A stretch of DNA of 64,000 nt from an uncultured Bacteroidales bacterium (lineage in GTDB: Bacteria > Bacteroidota > Bacteroidia > Bacteroidales > Muribaculaceae), in the NCBI GenBank assembly GCA_902800715.1, contig CADCFN010000006.1, positions 67,303 to 131,302 of the forward strand, read 5' to 3'. The notes under the pieces were generated by a model that had not been told where the DNA came from, did no database searches, and was given only the letters and a program-made list of their open reading frames with translations. Positions 1 through 9,492 of this stretch are shown here, in pieces (the stretch's first letter is position 1; each line of letters begins with the position of its first letter). A program made the translations under genes and the position numbers.

Positions 1-813
1 GGTGACAAGCCAGCGACCAAGCGCAATGACAAGGAAACCGCCGCCCAGCTGAACGCATCGGGCGAAGCGGGCACCCTCGTGCTGAGCACCGACAACCTGG
101 TGAAGAAATACCGCCAGCGCACGGTGGTCAACCATGTGTCCATCAATGTGCATCAGGGAGAAATCGTCGGCCTGCTGGGCCCCAACGGTGCTGGCAAGAC
201 GACGACATTCTACATGACGACAGGACTTGTCACGCCCAACGAGGGGCGCGTGTTCCTCAACGATGTCGATATCACCACCCTACCCGTTTACAAACGCGCC
301 AAACTGGGCATCGGCTACCTGCCGCAAGAGGCATCGGTGTTCCGCACGCTGAGTGTGGAGGACAACATCCGCACCGTGCTTGAGATGACCAACCTCACGC
401 CCGCCGAGCAGAAGGACCGCCTAGAACAGCTCATCAGCGAGTTCCACCTGCAGAAGGTGCGCAAGAACCTGGGTAACCGCCTGTCGGGTGGTGAACGCCG
501 CCGCACCGAGATTGCCCGCGGCCTTGCCATCAACCCGCGCTTCATCATGCTGGACGAGCCGTTTGCCGGTGTGGACCCCATCGCCGTGGAGGATATCCAG
601 AGCATCGTGTATAGCCTGAAAGGTAAAAACATCGGCATCCTCATCACCGACCATAACGCGCCCGAGACGCTGAGCATTACCGACAGGGCCTATCTGCTGT
701 TTGAAGGCAAAATCCTGTTCCAGGGCACCAGCGAAGAGTTGGCCGAGAACCCGACCGTGCGCGACAAATACCTGGGGCACAACTTCATCTTCAGGAGAAA
801 GAAATTTGACTAA
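1..813 (+). CDS. lptB: LPS export ABC transporter ATP-binding protein (frame open to window edge, 5' end possibly outside window)
   Basis: Walker [10 protein letters not shown], signature [17 protein letters not shown] and ITDHN typical of LptB; frame has no stop from base 1. Confidence 0.93.
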   Translation, partial: GDKPATKRNDKETAAQLNASGEAGTLVLSTDNLVKKYRQRTVVNHVSINVHQGEIVGLLGPNGAGKTTTFYMTTGLVTPNEGRVFLNDVDITTLPVYKRAKLGIGYLPQEASVFRTLSVEDNIRTVLEMTNLTPAEQKDRLEQLISEFHLQKVRKNLGNRLSGGERRRTEIARGLAINPRFIMLDEPFAGVDPIAVEDIQSIVYSLKGKNIGILITDHNAPETLSITDRAYLLFEGKILFQGTSEELAENPTVRDKYLGHNFIFRRKKFD

Positions 814-871
814 CCCAACATATATACACCACGATACATTTAAATATTTAGACAATATCACGAAAACTACA

Positions 872-2086
872 ATGACAAGAAAACTTTTACTTCTTGCCTT
901 GCTTGTCACGCTATTAGGACTAAACGCGATGGCACAAGGCAACAACACCCGCATGGGTGGTGACGAGAACGACGATCAAGAGTCGCTCGCCGAGCGCATC
1001 TTTAAGCTGGAGAAAAAGACTGATGCCTTCAATTTCCACATCAACTTCGCCTCGAGCCTGGTTGCCGAAGATGCCAACCACGGTGAATGGGATTCCAAGT
1101 TCGTGTGCCGCGACCTGCGCCTCGACATCAAGGGAGACATCACACCCAAGGTGTTCTACCGCATACGTCACCGCTTCAACAGCAACCAGACCGCCAAAGG
1201 GCTTGACCGCTTTGCCAAGGCGACCGACATCATGATGGTGGGCTACCGTCCCAGCAGCAAAGTCGATATCGCCGCCGGTAAGCTGTGCCAGATTTGGGGC
1301 GGATTTGAATACGACCAGAACCCCATGGAAATCTACCGCTACAGCGACCTCATCGACATGATGGACATCTTCATGGCGGGCGCAATGGTGAGCTACCGTC
1401 CCGTGCCCACCCAGGAAGTCGCCTTCCAGATGACCAACAGCTATAACGGTGCCTTTACCGAGGACCTGGGCGAAGACCCGCAGATTGTCACCAGCGACCT
1501 GCAGCAGCCCGAGAAGCTGAGCCGCAGCCGCGCCCCGTTCACCTATATCGTGAACTGGAACGGCAATTTCCTGCAGGACCAGTTGCAGACCCGCTGGGCG
1601 TGGGGTATCCAAACCCAGGCCAAACACAAGTATTCGCGCATGATTACACTGGGCCAGCGGCTGAACCTGACGAATTACCAGCTGTATTTTGACTATTTCG
1701 GCGAGTGGGACGACGTGGACCGCCTGCACTATGCGACGACCGACCTGCAGAACATGATTGCCCCAGGCTCGACACACCTGGGCAAGGTTCACAGCCACAC
1801 CTTCATCGCCAAGATGAACTGGCAGTTCGCTCCCAAATGGAACCTGATGCTCAAGGGCACCTACGAGACCACCAGCATCGCCAAAATCAAGGACCTGCAC
1901 AACTACCGCAAGTCAATCGGCTATCTGGGCAGCATCGAGTACTGGCCGATGCCCAAAAAGCTGGACTTCCGCGTATTCCTTGCCTATCTGGGCCACAGGT
2001 ATGACTTCAACAAGGCTTGTGGCCTTGAGAGCTACAACACCAACCGCGTGGAACTCGGTTTCATGTACCGAATCAAATGCTATTGA
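872..2086 (+). CDS. Outer-membrane porin-like beta-barrel protein
   Basis: Signal peptide MTRKLLLLALLVTLLGLNAMAQ at ATG 872; amphipathic beta strands; aromatic C-terminus. Confidence 0.65.
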   Translation: MTRKLLLLALLVTLLGLNAMAQGNNTRMGGDENDDQESLAERIFKLEKKTDAFNFHINFASSLVAEDANHGEWDSKFVCRDLRLDIKGDITPKVFYRIRHRFNSNQTAKGLDRFAKATDIMMVGYRPSSKVDIAAGKLCQIWGGFEYDQNPMEIYRYSDLIDMMDIFMAGAMVSYRPVPTQEVAFQMTNSYNGAFTEDLGEDPQIVTSDLQQPEKLSRSRAPFTYIVNWNGNFLQDQLQTRWAWGIQTQAKHKYSRMITLGQRLNLTNYQLYFDYFGEWDDVDRLHYATTDLQNMIAPGSTHLGKVHSHTFIAKMNWQFAPKWNLMLKGTYETTSIAKIKDLHNYRKSIGYLGSIEYWPMPKKLDFRVFLAYLGHRYDFNKACGLESYNTNRVELGFMYRIKCY

Positions 2087-2196
2087 GGCTATTCCTTGAA
2101 GGCGGCAGTGCCGCCGCCCACGGGACAAGAATTGCCAAGAATACCTTAACTGTGACAAGGCTGTAACGCGAGTTTTTTACATCACATGACCACAAG

Positions 2197-2228
2197 GGGG
2201 CTATCGCGAGTGAGCGATGGCCCTTTTT
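2197..2228 (+). terminator. Rho-independent terminator
   Basis: GGGCTATCGC-gagtga-GCGATGGCCC followed by TTTTT. Confidence 0.7.
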
Positions 2229-2284
2229 GCAGATGTTTTAATAATTATTTTGAGTTATTATTTTATAATGTGGGGGATTTGGAT

Positions 2285-2292
2285 TAACTTTG
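2285..2292 (+). promoter_or_regulatory. Bacteroidetes sigma-A -7 box for the lplA-gcv operon
   Basis: TAACTTTG matches TAnnTTTG, 18 bp upstream of the ATG. Confidence 0.6.
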
Positions 2293-2310
2293 CAGTTGAT
2301 TTAGAAAGAC

Positions 2311-3297
2311 ATGATGAAATACCTTAGTCTGCCTGACAACGCGACGCGCATTCTTCCGTTCTATTTGGCAATGGAGGAATTTGCGGCACGCATTATTGGA
2401 GAGGATGACATCTTCTTCATGTGGCAGGTGGAGCCGACGGTCATCTTCGGGCGCAACCAGGTGATTGCCAACGAGGTGAACGTGGAGTATTGCCGCAAGC
2501 ACGGCATCGCCTTCTACCGTCGCCGCAGCGGTGGCGGATGCGTGTATGCCGACCGTGACAACATCATGTTCAGCTACATCACCCGCAGCGACGAGGTACA
2601 GACGACATTCACGGCCTATACCAGTGCCGTGGCAGCGATGTTGCGCGGCTTGGGGCTGAATGCCAGTGCCAGCGACCGCAACGACGTGCTGATTGACGGG
2701 CGCAAGGTGAGCGGCAACGCGTTCTACCACATCCCTGGCCGCAGCATTGTTCACGGCACGATGCTCTATGGCACCAATATGGAGCACATGCTCAATGCCA
2801 TCACACCATCGCGTGAGAAGCTGACAAGCAAGGGGGTGGAATCGGTGCGCAGCCACATCACCACCCTGAGCGAGCACCTGTCGATAGACATCGAGGCCTT
2901 CAAGCAGCACGTGCGCGAGACGTTGTGCGACGGCGAGATAAGGCTCACCGCCGCCGATGTTGCCGAGATTGAGCAGATAACGCAGGCTTATCTGGAGCCA
3001 TCGTTCCTGTGGGGCAACGATCCCCGCTGCGAGGTTACCCGTGGCGGCCGCATCGAGAGCGTGGGCAGCATCTACGCTGATGTGGAGCTCAAGGGCGGGG
3101 TGATTCACAGCCTGCACCTGACGGGCGATTTCCTGCCCCTGTGCGAAGACGCCGGCAAAGCCATGCTCGACAAGCTGCGTGGCATTAAACCCGAAGCCGA
3201 TGACCTGCGGGCTGCTCTTGACGGCAGTGACGCGGGCCAATGGATACTGAACATGACAAACGAACAATTGATTAAGCTGTTAGCGATTAGCAATTAG
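2311..3297 (+). CDS. lplA: Lipoate-protein ligase A
   Basis: GRNQ, RRRSGGGCVYAD, RNDVLIDGRKVSGNA, HGTMLY motifs. Confidence 0.92.
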   Translation: MMKYLSLPDNATRILPFYLAMEEFAARIIGEDDIFFMWQVEPTVIFGRNQVIANEVNVEYCRKHGIAFYRRRSGGGCVYADRDNIMFSYITRSDEVQTTFTAYTSAVAAMLRGLGLNASASDRNDVLIDGRKVSGNAFYHIPGRSIVHGTMLYGTNMEHMLNAITPSREKLTSKGVESVRSHITTLSEHLSIDIEAFKQHVRETLCDGEIRLTAADVAEIEQITQAYLEPSFLWGNDPRCEVTRGGRIESVGSIYADVELKGGVIHSLHLTGDFLPLCEDAGKAMLDKLRGIKPEADDLRAALDGSDAGQWILNMTNEQLIKLLAISN

Positions 3298-3330
3298 CTG
3301 TTAGCAATTAGCTGTTAACGATTAGCTTTT
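3278..3330. repeat. Degenerate 7-bp tandem repeat (TTAGCNN)
   Basis: gttagcgattagcaattagctgttagcaattagctgttaacgattagc spanning the lplA stop. Confidence 0.75.
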
Positions 3331-3389
3331 AGAGATTGTACTTAAAACTTATAACTTAATATATTAACTGATTAAAACCATTTTAAACC

Positions 3390-4487
3390 GTGACTGAAGA
3401 AATCAAAATTACCTGTCTGCATGACAGGCACGTGGCGCAAGGCGCTCTCATGTCCCCCTTTGCTGGTTATGACATGCCCATCCAGTATGTAGATATTACC
3501 ACCGAGCACAACGCTGTTCGCCAGAAGGTGGGTGTTTTTGACGTTTCTCACATGGGTGAGGTGGAAATCACCGGTCCCGAAGCCGCCAAGTTCACCAACT
3601 ACATTTTCACCAACGACATCAACACCATCAAGAACGGCCAGATTCTGTACGGCATGATGCTTTATCCCGACGGCGGCACCGTTGACGACCTGCTGGTTTA
3701 CCGTGTTGACGACAATGATTATTTCCTGGTTATCAACGCTGCCAACATCGACAAGGACGTGGCTTGGATTATGGAGCAGGCCAAGAACTTCGACGTGAAG
3801 GTTGACCACCAGAGTGAGCTTTACGGCCAGATTGCTGTTCAGGGTCCCGATGCCGAGAAGACCATGGGCGAGGTGCTGGGTATTGACACCACCGACTTGA
3901 CGTTCTACACCTTCAAGAAGTTGGAATATGACGGCAAGACCATCATCGTGAGCCGCACGGGTTATACCGGTGAGGACGGCTTTGAGGTATATGCCGATCC
4001 CGCCATCATCTGCAAGATGTGGGACATGCTCATGGAGGCTGGCGTACAGCCCTGTGGCCTGGGTTGCCGCGACACGCTGCGCTTTGAGGCTGGTCTGCCC
4101 CTGTACGGCGACGAGCTGACTCCCGAGATTTCACCCATCGCTGCCACCTTTGGCATGTTCGTGAAGCTCGACAAGGAAGGCGGCTTCATCGGTCGCGATG
4201 CCTGCGCCCAGCAGAAAGCCGAAGGCACCCCCAAGAAACTCGTGGGCCTGGAGCTTGAAGGCAAGGCAATTCCCCGTCACGGCTATGACGTGCTCGACGG
4301 CGATAAAGTCGTGGGCTATATCACTACCGGCTACCACAGCATCACGCTGGACAAGAGCGTAGCATTTGCACTGGTTGACCGTGCTGTTGGCGCATTGGGC
4401 AACACGCTGAACGTGCAAATCCGCAAGAAAGTCTTCCCCGCTACCGTGGTGAAGAAACGCTTCTATACGCCGAACTACAAGAAATAA
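3390..4487 (+). CDS. gcvT: Glycine cleavage system aminomethyltransferase T
   Basis: FAGYDMPIQY, FDVSHMGE, SRTGYTGEDGFE, GLGCRDTLRFEAG. Confidence 0.96.
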   Translation: MTEEIKITCLHDRHVAQGALMSPFAGYDMPIQYVDITTEHNAVRQKVGVFDVSHMGEVEITGPEAAKFTNYIFTNDINTIKNGQILYGMMLYPDGGTVDDLLVYRVDDNDYFLVINAANIDKDVAWIMEQAKNFDVKVDHQSELYGQIAVQGPDAEKTMGEVLGIDTTDLTFYTFKKLEYDGKTIIVSRTGYTGEDGFEVYADPAIICKMWDMLMEAGVQPCGLGCRDTLRFEAGLPLYGDELTPEISPIAATFGMFVKLDKEGGFIGRDACAQQKAEGTPKKLVGLELEGKAIPRHGYDVLDGDKVVGYITTGYHSITLDKSVAFALVDRAVGALGNTLNVQIRKKVFPATVVKKRFYTPNYKK

Positions 4488-4489
4488 TT

Positions 4490-4524
4490 CTCTAGATGAA
4501 CTAGATACTCTAGATGCTCTAGAC
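4490..4524. repeat. 9-bp tandem repeat (CTAGA core)
   Basis: ctctagatgaactagatactctagatgctctagac right after the gcvT stop. Confidence 0.7.
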
Positions 4525-4582
4525 TATAAAATCAATCGATTTTTAACAAACCAAAATATTAACTAATTAATTTATAACAACA

Positions 4583-4963
4583 ATGAGTAAGATTATCGAC
4601 GGACTCTATTACAGCGAGTCACATGAGTATGTAAAGGTAGAAGGCGACTTCGGTTTTATTGGTATCACCGACTTTGCACAGCACGAGCTGGGCAACGTGG
4701 TTTATGTTGATATGCCCGAGGTTGACGATGAGGTAACCGCAGGTGAGGAATTTGGCGCCGTTGAGAGCGTTAAGGCCGCCAGCGACCTGATGTCACCCGT
4801 TAGCGGCACCGTTGTCGAGGTAAACGAAGCCCTCGAGGACGAGCCCGGCCTGATCAACAAGGATGCCTTTGAGAACTGGATCATCAAGGTTGAACTCAGC
4901 GACAAGAGCGAGCTCGACGGCCTGATGGATGCAGCTGCCTACAAGGACATGATTGGCGAGTAA
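4583..4963 (+). CDS. gcvH: Glycine cleavage system H protein
   Basis: GITDFAQHELG, lipoyl motif VESVKAASD. Confidence 0.97.
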   Translation: MSKIIDGLYYSESHEYVKVEGDFGFIGITDFAQHELGNVVYVDMPEVDDEVTAGEEFGAVESVKAASDLMSPVSGTVVEVNEALEDEPGLINKDAFENWIIKVELSDKSELDGLMDAAAYKDMIGE

Positions 4964-5025
4964 TTAGAGTTAGAAGTTAGAAGTTAGGAGTTAAACATTA
5001 ACCGACAACTGAAAACCAATAAACA

Positions 5026-6372
5026 ATGAGTTATAAATTTTTTCCGCACACCGACGAGGAGATGCGTGCCATGCTAGCCACGGCAGGCGTCAAGTCGCTG
5101 GACGACCTCTATCAGGACGTGCCCCAGGAGCTCCAACTCAAGAAGGAGTATGAGCTCCCTGAGTCGATGAGCGAGATTGAAGTGCGCCGCTTCTTTGACG
5201 AGCTGGGCATGTACAACATTCCCATGCGCAGCTTCCTGGGTGCCGGTTTCTATGACCACTACAGCCCCGCCGTCGTACAAGACATCTTGAAGCGCAGCGA
5301 GTTCCTCACCGCCTACACGCCCTATCAAGCCGAGATTTCGCAGGGTACCCTGCAGTATATCTTTGAGTACCAGAGCATGATGGCCGAGCTGACCGGCATG
5401 GAAGTAAGTAACGCCTCCATGTACGACGGCACGACCGCCACTGCCGAGGCCATGATGATGGCAGTCTCCAACGCCAAGAAGCGCAAACGCGTGCTGGTGA
5501 GCGAGACCATCAGCCCCTATGTGCTGCGCGTGGTGAAGACCTACGCCAAGTACCAGGGCATCCAGATTGACATGATTCCCGCCAAGGGTGGCGTGATGGA
5601 CCATGACGCCCTGAAAGTAGAGCTCGAGAAGGACGATGTGGCTGGCGTTATCGTTGCCACGCCCAACTTCTACGGTATCCTCGAGGACTACACCGGTGTT
5701 GCCGAGATGTGCCACGAGCACAAGGCACTGCTCATCATGAACTGCGTGGCTACCGCCCTGAGCGTTGTCAAATCGCCCGCTGAATGGGGCGCCGACATCG
5801 CCGTGGGTGACGGCCAGAGCCTGGGTATCCCCCTAAACTATGGCGGTCCCTATGTAGGCTTCCTGTGCACGACCAAGAAGCTCATCCGCAAGATGCCGGG
5901 CCGCATCGTTGGTGCTACCAAGGATGCCGACGGCAAGCGCGCCTTCGTCCTCACCCTGCAAGCCCGTGAGCAGCACATCCGTCGTGAGAAGGCTACGAGC
6001 AACATCTGCTCCAACCAGAGCCTGATGGCGCTGTATGTGACCATCTACATGGGTCTGATGGGTGCCAAGGGCCTGAAGGAGGTGAACTCCATCAGCTACA
6101 GCAACGCCCACTACCTTGCCGAGAGTCTGGTGAATACCGGCCTGTTTGAGATGGCTTATCCTGACAAGCCCTTCCTCAACGAGTTTGCCGTGAAGACCAA
6201 GCTCAATATCGACGAGCTGCAGGAATACTGCAACGATGAGTATCTGCAGTGCGGTCTCAAGATTGCCGACGACACGTTGCTGATTGCCGTGACCGAGACC
6301 TACAGCCGCGAGGATTGTGACGACCTTGTTGACGCATGTGTAACCTTTAGCGAAGAAAAGGAGGGCAAGTAA
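5026..6372 (+). CDS. gcvPA: Glycine dehydrogenase subunit 1 (split P protein)
   Basis: TAYTPYQAEISQGTLQ, NASMYDG, REQHIRREKATSNICSNQ; 448 aa. Confidence 0.96.
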   Translation: MSYKFFPHTDEEMRAMLATAGVKSLDDLYQDVPQELQLKKEYELPESMSEIEVRRFFDELGMYNIPMRSFLGAGFYDHYSPAVVQDILKRSEFLTAYTPYQAEISQGTLQYIFEYQSMMAELTGMEVSNASMYDGTTATAEAMMMAVSNAKKRKRVLVSETISPYVLRVVKTYAKYQGIQIDMIPAKGGVMDHDALKVELEKDDVAGVIVATPNFYGILEDYTGVAEMCHEHKALLIMNCVATALSVVKSPAEWGADIAVGDGQSLGIPLNYGGPYVGFLCTTKKLIRKMPGRIVGATKDADGKRAFVLTLQAREQHIRREKATSNICSNQSLMALYVTIYMGLMGAKGLKEVNSISYSNAHYLAESLVNTGLFEMAYPDKPFLNEFAVKTKLNIDELQEYCNDEYLQCGLKIADDTLLIAVTETYSREDCDDLVDACVTFSEEKEGK

Positions 6373-6375
6373 ATT

Positions 6376-7860
6376 ATGAATAACACTTTTTACGGTAAAC
6401 TCATATTTGAGTTGTCACAGAATGGCCGTCAGGGTTATTCCCTGCCCGAGAACAGGTGTGCCGAGTACAAGATGAGCGATCTGCCCAAGGGCCTGATGCG
6501 TGAAAACGCGCCCCTGCTGCCCGAGGTCGATGAGCTGAGCGTTGTGCGCCACTACACCAACATGAGCAACAACAACTTCGGTGTGGACACGGGTTTCTAT
6601 CCCCTGGGTTCCTGCACGATGAAGTACAATCCCAAAATCAACGAGGAAATCGCTGCCCACCGCGAGTTCACGGGCCTGCACCCGCTGCAGAACCCCGAGA
6701 CCACCCAGGGCGCCCTCGCTGTTTACTACTTGCTGCAGACCAGCCTCGCCGAGATTTCCGGTTTGAAGGAATTCACCTTGAATCCCTATGCCGGTGCCCA
6801 TGGTGAGCTGACCGGTCTGATGATTTTGCGCGGCTACCACCTGGAGCGTGGCGACGTGAAGCGCACCAAGGTCATCATTCCCGACAGCGCCCACGGTACC
6901 AATCCCGCCAGCTCGGCCGTCTGCGGTCTTGACGTGGTGGTTGTTAAGAGCCGTCCCGACGGCACCGTCGATGTGGACGACCTGCGTCCCCTGCTCGACG
7001 ACACCGTTGCCGGCATGATGATGACCAACCCCAACACGCTGGGTATCTTTGAGCAGAACATCGGTGTTATTGCCAAGGCTGTTCACGATGCCGGCGGCTT
7101 GATGTACTATGATGGCGCTAACCTCAACCCCATGCTGGGCAAGGTGCGTCCCGGTGACATCGGCTTTGACATCATGCACATCAACCTGCACAAGACCTTC
7201 TCAACGCCTCACGGCGGTGGTGGTCCTGGTAGCGGTCCCGTCGGTGTGCGTGAGGGCTTGGAGCACCTGCTCCCCAATCCCCGTGTCGTGAAAGTCGAGG
7301 AAGAGGACTACGAGTACTTCAAGCTCGAGTGCAGTGACAAGTCCATCGGTAGCATCAGCGGTCACCTGGGCAACTTCGGCGTGATGATGCGCGCCCTCGC
7401 CTATATCCGCACCCTGGGCCGTGACCAGCTCAAGTGGGTCGGTCCGCTGGCTACCCTCAACGCCAACTACATCAAGGAATCGTTGAAGGACGTGTATGAA
7501 CTGCCCATCAGCGGCGTTTGCAAGCATGAGTTTGTCTATGACGGTTTGAAGGACAAGTCCACTGGCGTAACCACGCTCGACGTGGCTAAGCGTCTGCTGG
7601 ATTATGGCTTCCATGCTCCTACCATCTACTTCCCCTTGCTGTTCCACGAGGCCCTCATGGTAGAGCCCACCGAGAACGAGAGCAAGCAGACCCTGGACGA
7701 GTTCATCCGCATCATGCGTGTGATTGCCCAGGAGGCTAAGGATGACCCCGAGATGGTAAAGACTGCTCCTCACAACACGCCCGTTCGTCGTCTCGACGAC
7801 ACCCAGGCCGCCCTGCATCCCATCGTGACCTGGCGCGAACTCGTTGCTGAAAACCAGTAA
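6376..7860 (+). CDS. gcvPB: Glycine dehydrogenase subunit 2 (split P protein)
   Basis: PLGSCTMKYNPK, PLP-lysine motif HINLHKTFSTPHGGGGPG. Confidence 0.96.
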   Translation: MNNTFYGKLIFELSQNGRQGYSLPENRCAEYKMSDLPKGLMRENAPLLPEVDELSVVRHYTNMSNNNFGVDTGFYPLGSCTMKYNPKINEEIAAHREFTGLHPLQNPETTQGALAVYYLLQTSLAEISGLKEFTLNPYAGAHGELTGLMILRGYHLERGDVKRTKVIIPDSAHGTNPASSAVCGLDVVVVKSRPDGTVDVDDLRPLLDDTVAGMMMTNPNTLGIFEQNIGVIAKAVHDAGGLMYYDGANLNPMLGKVRPGDIGFDIMHINLHKTFSTPHGGGGPGSGPVGVREGLEHLLPNPRVVKVEEEDYEYFKLECSDKSIGSISGHLGNFGVMMRALAYIRTLGRDQLKWVGPLATLNANYIKESLKDVYELPISGVCKHEFVYDGLKDKSTGVTTLDVAKRLLDYGFHAPTIYFPLLFHEALMVEPTENESKQTLDEFIRIMRVIAQEAKDDPEMVKTAPHNTPVRRLDDTQAALHPIVTWRELVAENQ

Positions 7861-7884
7861 TTATTGAAACTGCTATAGAAACTG

Positions 7885-7959
7885 CTCACGCTAAGTCGCT
7901 AAGACGCTAAGTTTTTTATTCTTTTTATGATTCTTAGCGACTTTGCGGCTTAGCGTGAG
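7885..7959. repeat. Imperfect palindrome built of ~8-bp GCTAAG repeats
   Basis: CTCACGCTAAGTCGCTAAGACGCTAAG ... CTTAGCGACTTTGCGGCTTAGCGTGAG. Confidence 0.75.
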
Positions 7960-8001
7960 GGTTTGTTAAACTCATTTTGAAATCCATTCATCCAAAAGAA
8001 T

Positions 8002-9339
8002 ATGTTTGACATTATTATTATAGGTGCTGGTCCTGGCGGTTACGAGACCGCTGCCGACGCTGCCGCACATGGACTGAATGTCGCTATCGTGGAGCGTGAC
8101 CAGATGGGCGGTACCTGCCTGAACCGCGGTTGCATCCCCACCAAGGCCCTGTGCCGCAATGCCGAGGTCATCAACCTGATGCGCGAGGCCGAGGTGTGGG
8201 GCGTGAAGACCGGTGAGTTGGCATTTGATTATGCACCCGTGTTTGAACGCAAGGAAGCCGTCGTCAAGCAGCTGCGCGAAGGCGTAGAGATGCTCATGGG
8301 CGCTCCCGGCATCACAGCCATCAAGGGCGAAGCCATCCTCAAGGACGCTAACACCGTTGTGGTGAACGGCGAGGAATACAGTGCCAAAAACATCATCATT
8401 GCCACCGGTTCAGCTCCCCGCGGGCTGCCCATCGAGGGTGCCGACCTGGCGATGACCAGCGACGACATCCTGGCGATGGAAACCCTGCCCAAGAGCCTGT
8501 GCATCGTGGGTGGCGGCGTCATCGGCATGGAGTTTGCCGCCGTGTTCTGCACGTTTGGCGTCGAGGTGACCGTTATCGAGTACTGCAAGGAAATCCTGCC
8601 GCCGTTTGACAAGGACGTGGCCAAGCGCCTGAAGACCGTCCTGAGCAAGCGTGGCATCAAAATCATCACCAGCGCTGCTGTCAACGGCATCACCCAGGGC
8701 GAGGACGGTTATACCGTATCCTATGAGCTCAAGGGCAAGCCCCAGAGCGTGACCTGCGAGAAGGTGCTCATGTCGGTTGGCCGCCAGCCCGTGCTGCCCC
8801 AAGGTCTTGACGCAGTGGGCGTCACCGTGGGCCGTCGCGGCATCGAGGTGGACGACAACATGATGACCAACGTGCCCGGCGTTTACGCCATCGGTGACGT
8901 GAACGGTCGCATGATGCTCGCCCACGCTGCCAGCGCCCAGGGACTGCGTGCCCTGCACGCTATCATGGGCAAGACCGACGACATCAAGCTCGACATCGTG
9001 CCCAGCGCCGTGTTCACCGTGCCCGAGTTGGCGATGGTGGGCCTCACCGAGGAGCAGTGCGCCGAGAAAGGCCTTGACGTGACGGTGAAGAAATCGTTCT
9101 TCCGCAGCAACGGTAAGGCTGTTGCCATGAACGAGACCGACGGCCTGCTCAAGATGATCGTCGACAACGCCACGCGCCAGATTGTGGGCTGCCACATCTG
9201 CGGTGCCCATGCCGCCGACCTGATTCAGGAAGTGGTTACCGCCATGAATGCCGGTGCAACCATTGACCTGCTGGCCCGCAGCATCCACGGCCACCCCACC
9301 CTGAGCGAGGTGTTGCTGACCGCCGCCCGCCAGTTCTAA
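8002..9339 (+). CDS. lpdA: Dihydrolipoyl dehydrogenase (L protein)
   Basis: GAGPGGY, redox motif GGTCLNRGCIPTK, HPTLSE. Confidence 0.95.
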   Translation: MFDIIIIGAGPGGYETAADAAAHGLNVAIVERDQMGGTCLNRGCIPTKALCRNAEVINLMREAEVWGVKTGELAFDYAPVFERKEAVVKQLREGVEMLMGAPGITAIKGEAILKDANTVVVNGEEYSAKNIIIATGSAPRGLPIEGADLAMTSDDILAMETLPKSLCIVGGGVIGMEFAAVFCTFGVEVTVIEYCKEILPPFDKDVAKRLKTVLSKRGIKIITSAAVNGITQGEDGYTVSYELKGKPQSVTCEKVLMSVGRQPVLPQGLDAVGVTVGRRGIEVDDNMMTNVPGVYAIGDVNGRMMLAHAASAQGLRALHAIMGKTDDIKLDIVPSAVFTVPELAMVGLTEEQCAEKGLDVTVKKSFFRSNGKAVAMNETDGLLKMIVDNATRQIVGCHICGAHAADLIQEVVTAMNAGATIDLLARSIHGHPTLSEVLLTAARQF

Positions 9340-9375
9340 CCACTACATGCAGGCCTCAGGCTTGCAATACCGCAA

Positions 9376-9416
9376 CACGCCACCCGCATCGATACCCCTT
9401 GATGCGGATGGCGCGT
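9376..9416 (+). terminator. Hairpin after lpdA
   Basis: ACACGCCACCCGCATC...GATGCGGATGGCGCGT. Confidence 0.55.
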
Positions 9417-9492
9417 TACTTAAACCTGATGAATCCATCCGATTCAATGATTCATCATGATTAACCTTCTAACCATCAAACGATAACCGACT

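Noticed and set aside
701-871. Long N-terminal extensions in the ORF track (701, 49032, 51214, 59472, 31478, 17726, 21480)
   Set aside because: They overlap upstream genes or promoter boxes; downstream ATGs give proper signal peptides or family starts.
2087-2310. Glycine riboswitch upstream of the gcv operon
   Set aside because: No GGAGA/CCGAAG/CTCTCAGG aptamer motifs; only a terminator and a promoter box are visible.
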